Shown: positions 18,701 to 28,300 of the stretch, piece by piece | Layout: each line of letters begins with the position of its first letter | Position numbering within the stretch: position 1 is the stretch's first letter | Virus record (IMG/VR): IMGVR_UViG_3300037140_000076 | Location: 1 to 64,000 of that record | Reading direction: 5' to 3' (one strand) | Source: a virus | Length of the DNA: 64,000 nt | The notes under the pieces: model-generated | Seen by the model: the letters and a program-made list of their open reading frames with translations, nothing else | What the model was told of the DNA's origin: nothing | Database searches by the model: none | Program-made: the position numbers and the translations under genes

Positions 18701-21017
18701 TGTCCATCAAGTAGACAACTGGGAAAAGACAGGCTATGATGAAGATGGTAATGCTAAATTTGAATATGTTAAGCGTACAGCCTTTCATGAACCATATCGG
18801 TATGATCAGTTTTATAAAGCAAAGAGAGAGATGTTTGAAAAACTTGGATTTCGTCCAAATAAAAGTGATGAATCTGCATATAGCGCATGGCAAGCAAAAA
18901 AGGATGCATGGTTTGATGAACACAGTGTTCGCATAGCAAATGATAAGGGAGAAACCATTCGGACGGTTCCTTCAGATCGTTATATAAATCCGGAATATGC
19001 TAAAGCGAATTCTGATCCTTTGTTTAAAGAGCTTACTAAGCACTACAATGATGCAAACGGTAAGCTTGGTAAATATCAGATGAAATATGGTATTGTTCCT
19101 CAGCAGGAAGTTGAGGGTGGATTATTATCCGGTCTCAGTGGAAAGAAAGGATTGAAGGAGAATGCTCAGGAATTAAAAGAAAACTTAAAAACGTCTTTAG
19201 GATCTCATTTAGGAGATTATTATGCTCAAGATATAGACGGTAAGGAATACAAAAATATTCCTATTCGCTGGACGCGTCTTGTGGATGAAGACCGTTTAAA
19301 TTATAATTTAGGTAAGACGGTTGGTGATTTTTGGGAATCTTCTTCTAAATATGAATCAGCTAAGAATATAGAGCCAATGGTTCGTACTCTTAAAAACTTT
19401 ATAGAAGGAAATGCATTTTTAAAAATAGGAGAACGGGATGCTCCTGAGATTGATGCTAAAGGTACAAAAAGACTTGGCAATTATGTAAAAAATATTACTA
19501 AGACAAAAGATCAACCAAATATTAATCGTCAATTAGTAGATTTTTTGAATGATACAGTATATGGTGAAGCAGAAAAGAAATCAAATATTAAATCTCCTTT
19601 TTTGAATTTGAAATATTTGGTTTATAAGAAAGGTGACACTTCTGTAAACGGTAAAGCTCATCGTGAATATGTTTATTCTCTTGAAGATCTTAAAAAGAAA
19701 ACTGGTTCAGAAAATATTGAAAATGATCATTTCACAAAAGGAACTGAAAAGGATGTGAATGGTTATGGTGTTACTCTTGTTCGTAATGACAAGATCTTAT
19801 CAGTAAATAAATTAGGAAGAAAATTAAATGGATTATCAGCGACTATTAACCTGGGAGTAAACGTTATTGCGGGAGCGTCCCACTTACTTCGTGGAGTTGC
19901 CTCTAATTTTATTGAAGCCACAGGAGGTAAATATTTTAGTCATCCTGATTGGGCTTCGGCTTATAAAGAATATTTTAAAAATCTTACTAATTTCAGCTTC
20001 ATGGAAGATACCAGAGGTGGTAAGGGTTCGAAGATAACTCAACTGTTAACTCATTATGGTACATTCCAGGGAGAATTCTTAAATGAGTTTGGTAAGCATA
20101 TTGGGGAAGGAGTTGTAAACAAGCTTTTTAAAAGATCATCTCTGTTCTTTTCAATACACGGGACTGAACACATGATTCAGACAACCCAGATGATCGCAGC
20201 CATGAAGCATTTGAAGCTTGCCGATGGAAAGACTTCTTTGTTTGATGCCTGGGAAAAGGGTGAAGACGGATATATAAAGATTAAAGATGGTCTTAAATGG
20301 GATGATACAAAGGACAACGAATTTAAAAACCTGGTTCAATCCATTAATAAAGACCGTGGTAACTATTCAGACTTTGATAAGGCTGCTCTTAGCCGCTTGT
20401 GGTGGGGTAAGATGATAATGATGTTCCGTAGGCACATTTTTAATGGTATTAAGGCGCGTTGGGGTGCTTCTTATGTAGATTATGAAAGAGGTGGGGCCAC
20501 TCAAGGCTATTACAGGTCCTTTATAACCAGCTTGGCAAGTGAATTCAATGAGTTCAGGCTTAATGGAAAGTTCCGTAAACTGAGTCCAGATGAAGCGTAC
20601 TATGCTAAAAAAACACTTGCTGATATAGGAATGTTTGCAATGCTTGCCGGGGTCCTGGTGCCAGCCTTTAAAGATAAAGAAGAGCATCCTACAGGGGCAG
20701 ATGATTACCTGGCTCTGTTCGCCAGAAGACTTCAGATGGATGTCAGCTTCTTCTATAACCCTTTGGAATGGAAGAAGGTAATTCAGAATCCGGTAGTTAC
20801 TGGAAGTACTATTGATAAGTTTGCTGACTTCTTTCATCAAGCGGCAACGGCTCCTTCAGAAGAATATCAAAAGGACGGATCATCTTATTCTGCCGGTGAT
20901 AGTAAACTAGCTCATAAAGCTTCTCAATTAATACCGGGATATAGAATAGCTTTAAACTTGCAAAACCCTCAAGATCTATTAAAATTTTATGATCTTCAGA
21001 AGCCGATTGGAAAGTAA
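15795..21017 (+). CDS. Giant polyvalent-type internal virion protein (zincin-like HEYLH domain, putative ART-like domain)
   Basis: 1740 aa; ALHEYLHPF...DEAL zincin motif; FFHYS...IDP...LYYTD..AE.GLG insert; C-terminal GNYS.FDK...WWGK..MMFRR region seen in crAss-like ejection proteins. Confidence 0.6.
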   Translation: MAVACPNKNMSEWKELAQRFGDNIAESLYYRNEGEIPSVQEAQAMLRGSKVGQFKGLVRHLQNTVSTDPIDLVSNMSRIVQKVGSDLYVVKGSKLSEKPTVGAEMEIHTPNIKFLKSINESVGPLFNLIKVNESSSSASLGNDVITDLRNGEFDSLQGLTYKNDATDDLKRDQILKDLSEQALNSDEERRGLESSIGKPIVDKIIKYNESLKPAEEKTDAKKVEDAIKASPVVFNNLTEDDKGNYVFFHYSNADLTKSGIDPEKFGKNTNVTGREEASRSIPASLYYTDSKVAEPGLGTYKHVVRVPKSEVYPFNSDPLNLYTEAEKRFKEQYPDRPFNPNEQIGWIGKVAAEKGYKMIVAEWGGLKKKALRAESINTLKPELIEKPLGGTYGANAIEPIGNEKFITNRKRYKSEITDKSATTDATVLNDYAPGTYKVEINQDVLNNIASKNADLKNKDNVSDQKEALATNNDILNNKAPKYSKAYGDAQVTSVNYNLINNLQKKFNIPYEIINDNTSDYRGKFENGKVTINAAKLNEYTALHEYLHPFTAAMQKDNPDLYNNLIQDLQSTEAGKKVIEEIKTKYPELGAKDQLDEALVSHLSQITQQDQIKSKPWYNQLMDWFRDLFGRNNVSISGLDMNMTLDDISNKIIDPTYSADLKHYAASNDMAAKYQKDNDTPEHSENFNQILDKIKNKLALDVNVPATSKEQETRKYFSGRQLADLQANKNVYRAVNDYVTSAIINAKKINESFDQFKNFYEEKGGKLSKDEMLKGMNILSDMEQHIALYNESGFIIDAIKKENAEEYDDNFRLLKNRLDGDTSIINNYHEYGLKLMSDWLYPTMRKTIDATIKSGNIEKMPGYAEYLAVKAKSPNIEEGDAIEQGVKTWLKGQMEHATSDIGFFNSYMTGVLNSKDPISQLTALSLKEEFAKNNARLFKVKTSIQNAITKVTGKKIFTTNEQHKELYKGFVHQVDNWEKTGYDEDGNAKFEYVKRTAFHEPYRYDQFYKAKREMFEKLGFRPNKSDESAYSAWQAKKDAWFDEHSVRIANDKGETIRTVPSDRYINPEYAKANSDPLFKELTKHYNDANGKLGKYQMKYGIVPQQEVEGGLLSGLSGKKGLKENAQELKENLKTSLGSHLGDYYAQDIDGKEYKNIPIRWTRLVDEDRLNYNLGKTVGDFWESSSKYESAKNIEPMVRTLKNFIEGNAFLKIGERDAPEIDAKGTKRLGNYVKNITKTKDQPNINRQLVDFLNDTVYGEAEKKSNIKSPFLNLKYLVYKKGDTSVNGKAHREYVYSLEDLKKKTGSENIENDHFTKGTEKDVNGYGVTLVRNDKILSVNKLGRKLNGLSATINLGVNVIAGASHLLRGVASNFIEATGGKYFSHPDWASAYKEYFKNLTNFSFMEDTRGGKGSKITQLLTHYGTFQGEFLNEFGKHIGEGVVNKLFKRSSLFFSIHGTEHMIQTTQMIAAMKHLKLADGKTSLFDAWEKGEDGYIKIKDGLKWDDTKDNEFKNLVQSINKDRGNYSDFDKAALSRLWWGKMIMMFRRHIFNGIKARWGASYVDYERGGATQGYYRSFITSLASEFNEFRLNGKFRKLSPDEAYYAKKTLADIGMFAMLAGVLVPAFKDKEEHPTGADDYLALFARRLQMDVSFFYNPLEWKKVIQNPVVTGSTIDKFADFFHQAATAPSEEYQKDGSSYSAGDSKLAHKASQLIPGYRIALNLQNPQDLLKFYDLQKPIGK

Positions 21018-21168
21018 TAATGCGAGTATGCGTTGAAATTTAGGGTTGATAGCGGCATTTTTTATTTGTTTATTATATTTGTGGTTATATAATGACTTTT
21101 CCATAGAAAAGTGGGCCTTTTACCAAAAAGGTGGAGTTATTTCATAACTGAATTTAAAATATTATTAT

Positions 21169-21480
21169 ATGAATTGGGGAGACTTTCGTGACCCGTTTAA
21201 TCACGCTATCACTTTATTAAAGCAGATCGCTAATCACACTAATCAATCAGGTTGTTGTACTGCTGTAACTTCTTCTGGGATAAATACTTCTATTCCAGCG
21301 GGGTTTGCTTCTATTGCTATTACTGCTGAATCAGGCGGGGTTAATATTACTCTTTCTGATGGAACTGTATTTCCTTTATCTGTTCTTGGTGAAGTTTTTG
21401 TTGATGCCGCTGGAGCAAATAAGTCCTTACCGGCTTATACAATTTCCGGTGGTACTTGGAAATGGCATGGTATTAAATAA
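21169..21480 (+). CDS. Small hypothetical protein, probably structural
   Basis: 103 aa beta-rich ORF at the start of the tail-fibre block. Confidence 0.5.
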   Translation: MNWGDFRDPFNHAITLLKQIANHTNQSGCCTAVTSSGINTSIPAGFASIAITAESGGVNITLSDGTVFPLSVLGEVFVDAAGANKSLPAYTISGGTWKWHGIK

Positions 21481-21495
21481 TTGAAATTTTAAATA

Positions 21496-22716
21496 ATGCG
21501 TCTTTTATCCTTAAGTAAATATCCTGGTACAGGTGGTGGGGGAGCCGGTGTAACATCTTTTAATACTAGAACAGGTATTGTAACCCTTCTTGGTAGTGAT
21601 GTTATAACTGCACTCGGTTATACTCCTTTATCTGGAGCTAATGATGGTCTGTCATTATCCGGAACAATCGCCCAATTAGGTCAACTCGTTGGAGCGGTTG
21701 GTGGTCCCGCAAAACTATTAGATAATAGAGAAATTCCTTTTAATGGATTTTCTTTGCTATTTAACGGTATTGGTGCTGTAACTGGAGCACATTTAATATT
21801 AGAATATGATCCAGCCGCAGCAGGTCTTTTCGAACCTTATATATCATTTTTAGCTTCAAATGGAACTACAAATTCAACCCTTCGAATTGATTCAACAGGG
21901 GGTATTTATTTTGGGTTAAATAATGGTCCTTTTTGTACAGGAAGAGATAATTTTAGTCTTGGTTCTAATGCAATGGCAAACGCAACTACAGCAAGAGATT
22001 CTATTGCTATTGGTCCTCAAACATTATTTAATGCAGGAACATCTCAAAAGAATATTGCCATTGGTTCAGATTCTCTTGATACTTCAGGTTCTTCTATTGG
22101 AAGTTCTAATACGGTAATTGGGAGCATAAGTTTAGATAACGGATCTTCCGTTGGAAATGCTAATATTGTAATAGGAAGCGCAAATAATAATTCTGGTGGA
22201 GGAGCTATTGCAGATGATAATATAATTATAGGAAATAGTAATAATCTTGAAAATGGCGTTACTAATACTATAGTAATTGGAGATAATAATGTTTCTGTAC
22301 CTGTAAGTAATATTATTCTTCTTGGTGTAGCAACTCAAAACACAATTATTGGAAACGACCAAGCTGTTATTCCAGTAGACAACGGTAGCAGAGTACAAGT
22401 ATTTGGTGATATTCAGAATACTGGTTCTAAACTGGCAATAAGAACAATAGTAGCTAATGATAATATTTTAACTCTTGATAATACGATTGTTGTAGATACA
22501 ACATCCGGAAATATTTCATTGGGTGCAATTCCTGCTAACTTAAAAAATGGGGTTTTCACCATAAAAAAGAAAACGATTGATGCAAACACAGTTACTGTAA
22601 CAATGTCAACGGGTGATATATATTCTTCTGCTGGACCTTCTACAAGTTTTGTTTTTTCAAATCCAGGAGAATCAATAACCCTTCATTTTGATGGAACTAA
22701 CGCATTTATAATATAA
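21496..22716 (+). CDS. Tail fibre/adhesin-like protein
   Basis: VTSFNTRTG.VTL phage-fibre repeat; repeated N(I/T)(A/V)IG YadA-head-like beta-roll motifs; C-terminal IKK...ESITLHFDGTN. Confidence 0.7.
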   Translation: MRLLSLSKYPGTGGGGAGVTSFNTRTGIVTLLGSDVITALGYTPLSGANDGLSLSGTIAQLGQLVGAVGGPAKLLDNREIPFNGFSLLFNGIGAVTGAHLILEYDPAAAGLFEPYISFLASNGTTNSTLRIDSTGGIYFGLNNGPFCTGRDNFSLGSNAMANATTARDSIAIGPQTLFNAGTSQKNIAIGSDSLDTSGSSIGSSNTVIGSISLDNGSSVGNANIVIGSANNNSGGGAIADDNIIIGNSNNLENGVTNTIVIGDNNVSVPVSNIILLGVATQNTIIGNDQAVIPVDNGSRVQVFGDIQNTGSKLAIRTIVANDNILTLDNTIVVDTTSGNISLGAIPANLKNGVFTIKKKTIDANTVTVTMSTGDIYSSAGPSTSFVFSNPGESITLHFDGTNAFII

Positions 22717-22727
22717 TTTGATTTAAG

Positions 22728-22994
22728 ATGGCATATAATACAGAGAGTGGATCAAGCGGAATATTTGCATCGGGACAGGTCACACTTGCGGCTGGAACAA
22801 AAGCTATTGCTATACCTGGTTTAACTACTTCAAGTAAAGGATATGTTAGTCTTGTCACACCAATTGCCGCAGCAGCAACTGTTATGTATCAAGCAGATTG
22901 TACAGCCGGTATCCTTACTATACAAGCAAATATAGCAGCCGGTACTATTCAGGCTTCAGATACATCAATTGTTAATTATATTGTTATACTTTAA
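22728..22994 (+). CDS. Small structural protein (fibre-associated)
   Basis: SGQVTLAAGT...DTSIVNYIV beta-sandwich typical of fibre C-terminal modules. Confidence 0.5.
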   Translation: MAYNTESGSSGIFASGQVTLAAGTKAIAIPGLTTSSKGYVSLVTPIAAAATVMYQADCTAGILTIQANIAAGTIQASDTSIVNYIVIL

Positions 22995-23308
22995 TGAAAA
23001 AACTATTTAGATATATTGAACCACTTTGGCTTGGTAAGAATAAAAAAGTATCTATAAGAAGCACTTTAGCGATTGCTTTTTCTATAAACTTTATGATTAA
23101 TCTTTCACATGCTGTTGATAAATGGCAAGCCGGAAGATCCTTATCGGACCTGGCTATGGTGCTTGGAATAGAAGCCGGATTAATAGCCGGATTACTTGCT
23201 CTTCGTACATATCAAAATGTTCAATACGAAAATATGGGGGGAGGGGGATATATTCCTCCGGTCGAACAGGTTGTACCTGGTAGTGTAAATAATTGTGGAA
23301 CCAGTTAA
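22994..23308 (+). CDS. Holin-like membrane protein
   Basis: Two hydrophobic helices and a basic N-terminus. Confidence 0.45.
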   Translation: MKKLFRYIEPLWLGKNKKVSIRSTLAIAFSINFMINLSHAVDKWQAGRSLSDLAMVLGIEAGLIAGLLALRTYQNVQYENMGGGGYIPPVEQVVPGSVNNCGTS

Positions 23309-23315
23309 TTATAAT

Positions 23316-23522
23316 ATGAAACAACTATTTTTAAATAATAATAACGCAATGAAAGGTCATCTTTTTTTAGCATCTAGTTGGCTGTTAAGTCTAGTTTCTC
23401 TAGGTCTAGTTTCTCTAATTTCTTTAAATAAGAGCATTGCTGTTATTTTAAGCTCAATTGCATCAATATTTGCGATTGTAAATTATGTGCAACAAATTCG
23501 TAAACGTAATAAAAATTCATAA
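23316..23522 (+). CDS. Holin-like small membrane protein
   Basis: Two TM segments and a basic C-terminus (IRKRNKNS); ATG at 23316 preferred over track GTG start. Confidence 0.5.
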   Translation: MKQLFLNNNNAMKGHLFLASSWLLSLVSLGLVSLISLNKSIAVILSSIASIFAIVNYVQQIRKRNKNS

Positions 23523-23524
23523 TC

Positions 23525-23818
23525 ATGTCTTTATTTCAATCAAACGCTCATCCAAATGCTAACAATAGTGTTTGGCTTGCTTTAGGAACTATTTTTCTTT
23601 TTGTAGCAGGTATCTTTTTACCAGCGTTATTTAATCATGCGGCTTATGGTGTTTTCTTTGTTATTTCTGAAGTGGTCCTTGGTGTCGCAACTTATTTTTC
23701 ATCTAAGGTGGGTTTTCAAAATACATTTGAAACAAACGATAATTGGAAAACAGGTGTACAAGCACTCTCGGCTGCTGGAAACCTTATTGTACCTGCTTTA
23801 TTTGTAGCATTAACTTAA
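23525..23818 (+). CDS. Membrane protein (about 3 TM)
   Basis: Hydrophobic segments. Confidence 0.55.
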   Translation: MSLFQSNAHPNANNSVWLALGTIFLFVAGIFLPALFNHAAYGVFFVISEVVLGVATYFSSKVGFQNTFETNDNWKTGVQALSAAGNLIVPALFVALT

Positions 23819-23824
23819 AATACA

Positions 23825-24244
23825 ATGTTAATATTTTTAGTCATACAAGTATATTTATTACTTTGTGGGTTTTTTCTGGCAAAAAAAGACGCAGAAAGTT
23901 ATTTGATGAAGGATAACATCTCCACCCCCACTGTCTTGAAAATCATAAAGAGATGGCATACTGATGGAGTTATATTGGCAGTACTGGTCAATGTTCCTTT
24001 GTTATACAGCTTTTCTCACCTGTGGTGGGAGATTGCAATCGTTAATGTACTTCTTAGACTTGCTGAGTTTGACTTAGTGTTTAACAGTTATGCTAACTTA
24101 AGTACAACCTTCTTAGGGAGTACAGCACTGACTGATAAGATATTCTCAAAGATATTTGGGGTGAATGGAGCCGTAAACAAATCATTAACCTTTTTTGGTT
24201 TATTAATTCTTTTTAATATAGTAAAAGTAATATTTCATTTTTAA
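23825..24244 (+). CDS. Membrane protein
   Basis: Several hydrophobic segments; RWH.DG and FD...N...YLG-like pattern. Confidence 0.55.
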   Translation: MLIFLVIQVYLLLCGFFLAKKDAESYLMKDNISTPTVLKIIKRWHTDGVILAVLVNVPLLYSFSHLWWEIAIVNVLLRLAEFDLVFNSYANLSTTFLGSTALTDKIFSKIFGVNGAVNKSLTFFGLLILFNIVKVIFHF

Positions 24245-24255
24245 AAAACAACAAC

Positions 24256-25080
24256 ATGTGGATCTTAATTAAAGCCTTTCTATCAAAACATTTATCGGCT
24301 GTGATAGTGGCTATTCTTGCCGTTATTGTATTTTTTGTTCTTGATTTTGAGATCAATGCGAAAGCAAAGGAAATTCAAAATCTTAAAATAGCAAATCAAA
24401 ATCTATTAGCAGAAAACGATAGTATAACAGTAACCAAAAACAAAGAGGGACAGGTTCAGTATGATAAGTATGCCTTAGTCGCTAAACAATACAGCGATTT
24501 AAAGTCTATCAATTCTGACCTGGAAAAGAAAATAAAAGCTCAAACCGGAAACGTTATAGGTGCTGTTTCTTCAGGGACTAAGTTAATGGATTCCGGGGTC
24601 TTGAAACCCACTATTGTTAAAGATAGTATTACAAAGCAAGCTGGTGTAGTAACATACATTCAAAAAGATGTTAATTTCTCTTTAGATACAACTTATTCAA
24701 AAGGCAATTCTCATAAACTTGTAACAAAGATTCATATTCAGGGTGTTCCGGATAGTTTACAGATAACAGGAGTCCTTGCTAGGGATGAGATAGCCTTTAC
24801 TGCTTTGACCGGGGTGAAGATAGATAAGGAAGGGAATTATGTAATTTTTGTTGTACCTGATTATCCAGGCGCAGTGATTACTCAGTTAAACGGAGCCATT
24901 ATTGATAAGCATATTTTTGAAAAACCTGATAAAAAAAGAATATTTACTCTCGGTGGTTCTTTTGGGTATATACCTATTCTTTATAATTGGTCAACAAAAC
25001 AAACAACCTTATTTGGTCCAAACCTTGGAGCAAGTTTGGGGGTAAATGTTAATTTAACGGAGTTACTTAGAAAAAAGTAA
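24256..25080 (+). CDS. Spanin-like protein (N-terminal TM anchor, coiled coil, C-terminal beta strands)
   Basis: N-terminal TM, coiled coil, C-terminal GGSFGY...GASLGVNVNL resembling Bacteroidetes phage spanin candidates. Confidence 0.45.
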   Translation: MWILIKAFLSKHLSAVIVAILAVIVFFVLDFEINAKAKEIQNLKIANQNLLAENDSITVTKNKEGQVQYDKYALVAKQYSDLKSINSDLEKKIKAQTGNVIGAVSSGTKLMDSGVLKPTIVKDSITKQAGVVTYIQKDVNFSLDTTYSKGNSHKLVTKIHIQGVPDSLQITGVLARDEIAFTALTGVKIDKEGNYVIFVVPDYPGAVITQLNGAIIDKHIFEKPDKKRIFTLGGSFGYIPILYNWSTKQTTLFGPNLGASLGVNVNLTELLRKK

Positions 25081-25081
25081 G

Positions 25082-25348
25082 ATGGGTAATGATATATGTG
25101 ATCTTATTAATAGAGTAAACGAGTTACAAGAGCAGTTTTATAAATGTGGGGCTGTTTATAGATCACCTGTATCTGGTTTACAATTTATAGTACGTCCTGA
25201 TCAACACAAAATCCTCTTAATAAGAGGATATTTGCTTTTAGACAAGGACGGCAATTCTGTGTATATTCATTTACGTATATTTCCTAATCAAATGGTTGAA
25301 ATTGATTCTAACGTTGACATGACAGGATTAACTTTATATTTATTTTAA
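25082..25348 (+). CDS. Hypothetical protein
   Basis: Tightly packed ORF in the operon. Confidence 0.5.
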   Translation: MGNDICDLINRVNELQEQFYKCGAVYRSPVSGLQFIVRPDQHKILLIRGYLLLDKDGNSVYIHLRIFPNQMVEIDSNVDMTGLTLYLF

Positions 25349-25350
25349 AA

Positions 25351-28300
25351 ATGGCATCAAATAGAATTCTTGTTGATTTGGATGGTGGTTTAATAAACAA
25401 TCTAATTAACTGGAGACATAACCCTTTAACTAGCGCAGCTAGAATATCTCTTGGAGCATCATTAACCGCTGCTAACATAGGACTTTTTGTATTTGATATA
25501 AATCTTCTTCAAGGATTTTATTGGTCAGGAAGCGCATGGGTATCATCAGGAGGAGGTGGGGGTGGTGCGGTTTGGGGAAGTATTACAGGTATACTTTCTA
25601 ATCAAACTGATTTACAAAATGATTTAAATCTTAAAGCTAATATATCTTCACTAGCACCGGTTGCTTTTTCTGGTCATTACTCTGACCTTACTGGACAACC
25701 TACATTGCTTTCTCAATTTACTAATGATCCAGGATATATAACTTCTGCTTCTCTTCCAACATTTAATAATGGATTAACAGAGACTTCAAATGTTGTTCAA
25801 TTAGGTGGTTCTCTTATTCAAGATACATTTATTAATTTATCAACATTTGGTCTTGCTTTACAATCAGCAGCGGGAACTCAATTTGCAATATCAGATGCAG
25901 GAATTACTGAACAGACAGCATACGATATTTATGGAAATAACTCATCATTAGAGGTAATATCTTCTGGAATATTTGGTACTGTACAAGGCCCATCTGGAAC
26001 GACCTTAATATATATTAAACCAGAGGGAATACTTATTACTTCTAATTATTTTGCATTACAGGCACAATTAGAAATACAGGATGGAACTCAAGGGAACGTT
26101 GGAGACGTATTTACTTCTATAAATAATCAGGGTCTTGGTGCCTGGGTTACTCCTCCGTCTGGAGCAACAGGAGTATTAAGTGCAAATGATGGATTAAGTG
26201 TATCAGGCAGTGTTGCTAAATTAGGGCAAGCCGTTGGAGAAGTAGGAAATCCTGCCTCTCTTACTGAGAATAGACAATTACCAATGGGTGGTTTTAGTAC
26301 GAATTTTGATAGTGGAAACTTTACTATTACAAATCCAAATCCATATTTCTTAGATGTTACTGTGCCATCAGGGGGAGGGGTATATTATTTTAAGAGAGTT
26401 AATTTTAATACAAATGTAACATCACATCAGTTTTATGATTGGTACCTTTCTACAGATAACGGAGATGGAACATTTGATCACGTTCAAGCACAAGGATTCC
26501 GTGGTAATGGTAATACTATACCTAACTGGTTTGAATCTTTAGAATATCAATACCTGAGTGCTGGTTATGAAAGACATATTCAATTCCAGGCTTATAATTC
26601 TGAATTGCGTTTGTCTTCTTATACTTATGCATTTTCTGGAATTGACTTCGCGCATGATTCATGTCTATTTTTCCATTCACTTACTTCATGGGCAATTAGG
26701 AGTATGGGAACTCAACATGAGGGGTTATTTTATTCAGGTGGAACACCAACAGCCCCTGGTCAATTCGGATTTGGTAATGATGATTTAGCGGGTGGAACTT
26801 TAACTGGTTATATTGAAAAATGCGATTCAGTAAATCACAAAGTATCTTTACAAAATAATGGAAATGATCCATCTGGGACTTCTTATGAATTTCAAGGTTT
26901 TCCAAAAATATATTTTGATACTATAGGTTCTCATTCAATTTATGTTGATGGTTCCGATTGGTCTTTACATGCTGATAAGGTGTGGGTTGCAAATCCATCA
27001 TCCAATACATTTTCTATTGATAATGCGTCTACTTTAGATTTACAAATTAATTTCCAGCCTTCTAGGAATACGTATCATATGATCGTATCTACGGCAACGG
27101 CTGAGTGGGGAGATTATATTCCTTCACCTAACGGATACTCAAGAACATTTTACTGGGGGACAACTCAGATGCTTTCATTGAGCAAATCGGTTGCTTTATT
27201 TAGTACACCGGTCCAGATTGAAGACGGAAGTCAGGGGACTATAGGAAATGTTTTTACTTCTATAGATATTAATGGAACCGGACGGTGGGAACCGGTATCA
27301 ATTGGTGGAATTGCGGCTGGAGGAGATTTATCAGGAACCTTTCCAAATCCAACAGTCCTTAATAGTGCAGTAATAGGCAAAGTTCTTACTGGATATGTTT
27401 CAGGAGCAGGAGTTGTTTCCCCAACTGATACAATATTATCAGCTATTGAAAAATTGAATGGTAATATTGGTGCTTTGGTTACCGGTGTATCATCATTTAA
27501 TAGTCGTACCGGTGCTATTACTTTATTAAGTTCAGATGTAACAGGAGCTTTAGGATTTACACCACAACCGGCAGGAAATTATATTACTGCCTTAACTGGA
27601 GACGTTACAGCCGCCGGTCCAGGTTCATCAGTAGCAACTCTTGCGACTGTTAATGCAAATGTTGGATCGTTTGGTGACGCTACCCACGTAGCAGCGTTTA
27701 CTGTAAATGCAAAAGGATTAATTACAGCAGCTTCGAGCGTTGCAATAACTTTCCCAGTGACTTCAGTATTTGGAAGAACGGGGGCGGTGGTTGCTACAAC
27801 CGGAGATTATACTATTGCTCAAATTACAAATGGGTTGTCTAATGTTCTTGCATCGGGAGATTTGTTTGTAGGAAACGGAAGCAATATTGCTACAGGTGTA
27901 CCTGCATCAGGTGATTTAACTCTAAGTAATACAGGAGCCTTTACAATAGGATCTAACGTTGTTACGTATGCTAAAATGCAGCAAGCTTCTGCACATACTT
28001 TGCTTGGTAATCCGACAGGGGCAACAGCTAACATTTCTGAAATAACTCTTGGTTCAGGTTTGTCATTTAGTGGAACAACTCTTACTGCTACAGGAACAGG
28101 TGGAACAGTAACTTCTTTTTCAGCGGGTACTCTTTCTCCTTTATTTACTACATCAGTTGCTAACCCAACCACTACCCCTGCATTAACCTTTAGTTTATCT
28201 AATGCAGGTGCGTTTACTATTTTCGGAAATGATACAGCGGGTTCAGCGGCACCAACATTCTTTACTCCGACTCTAACAGACGGACTTTTTGCGAACGAAG

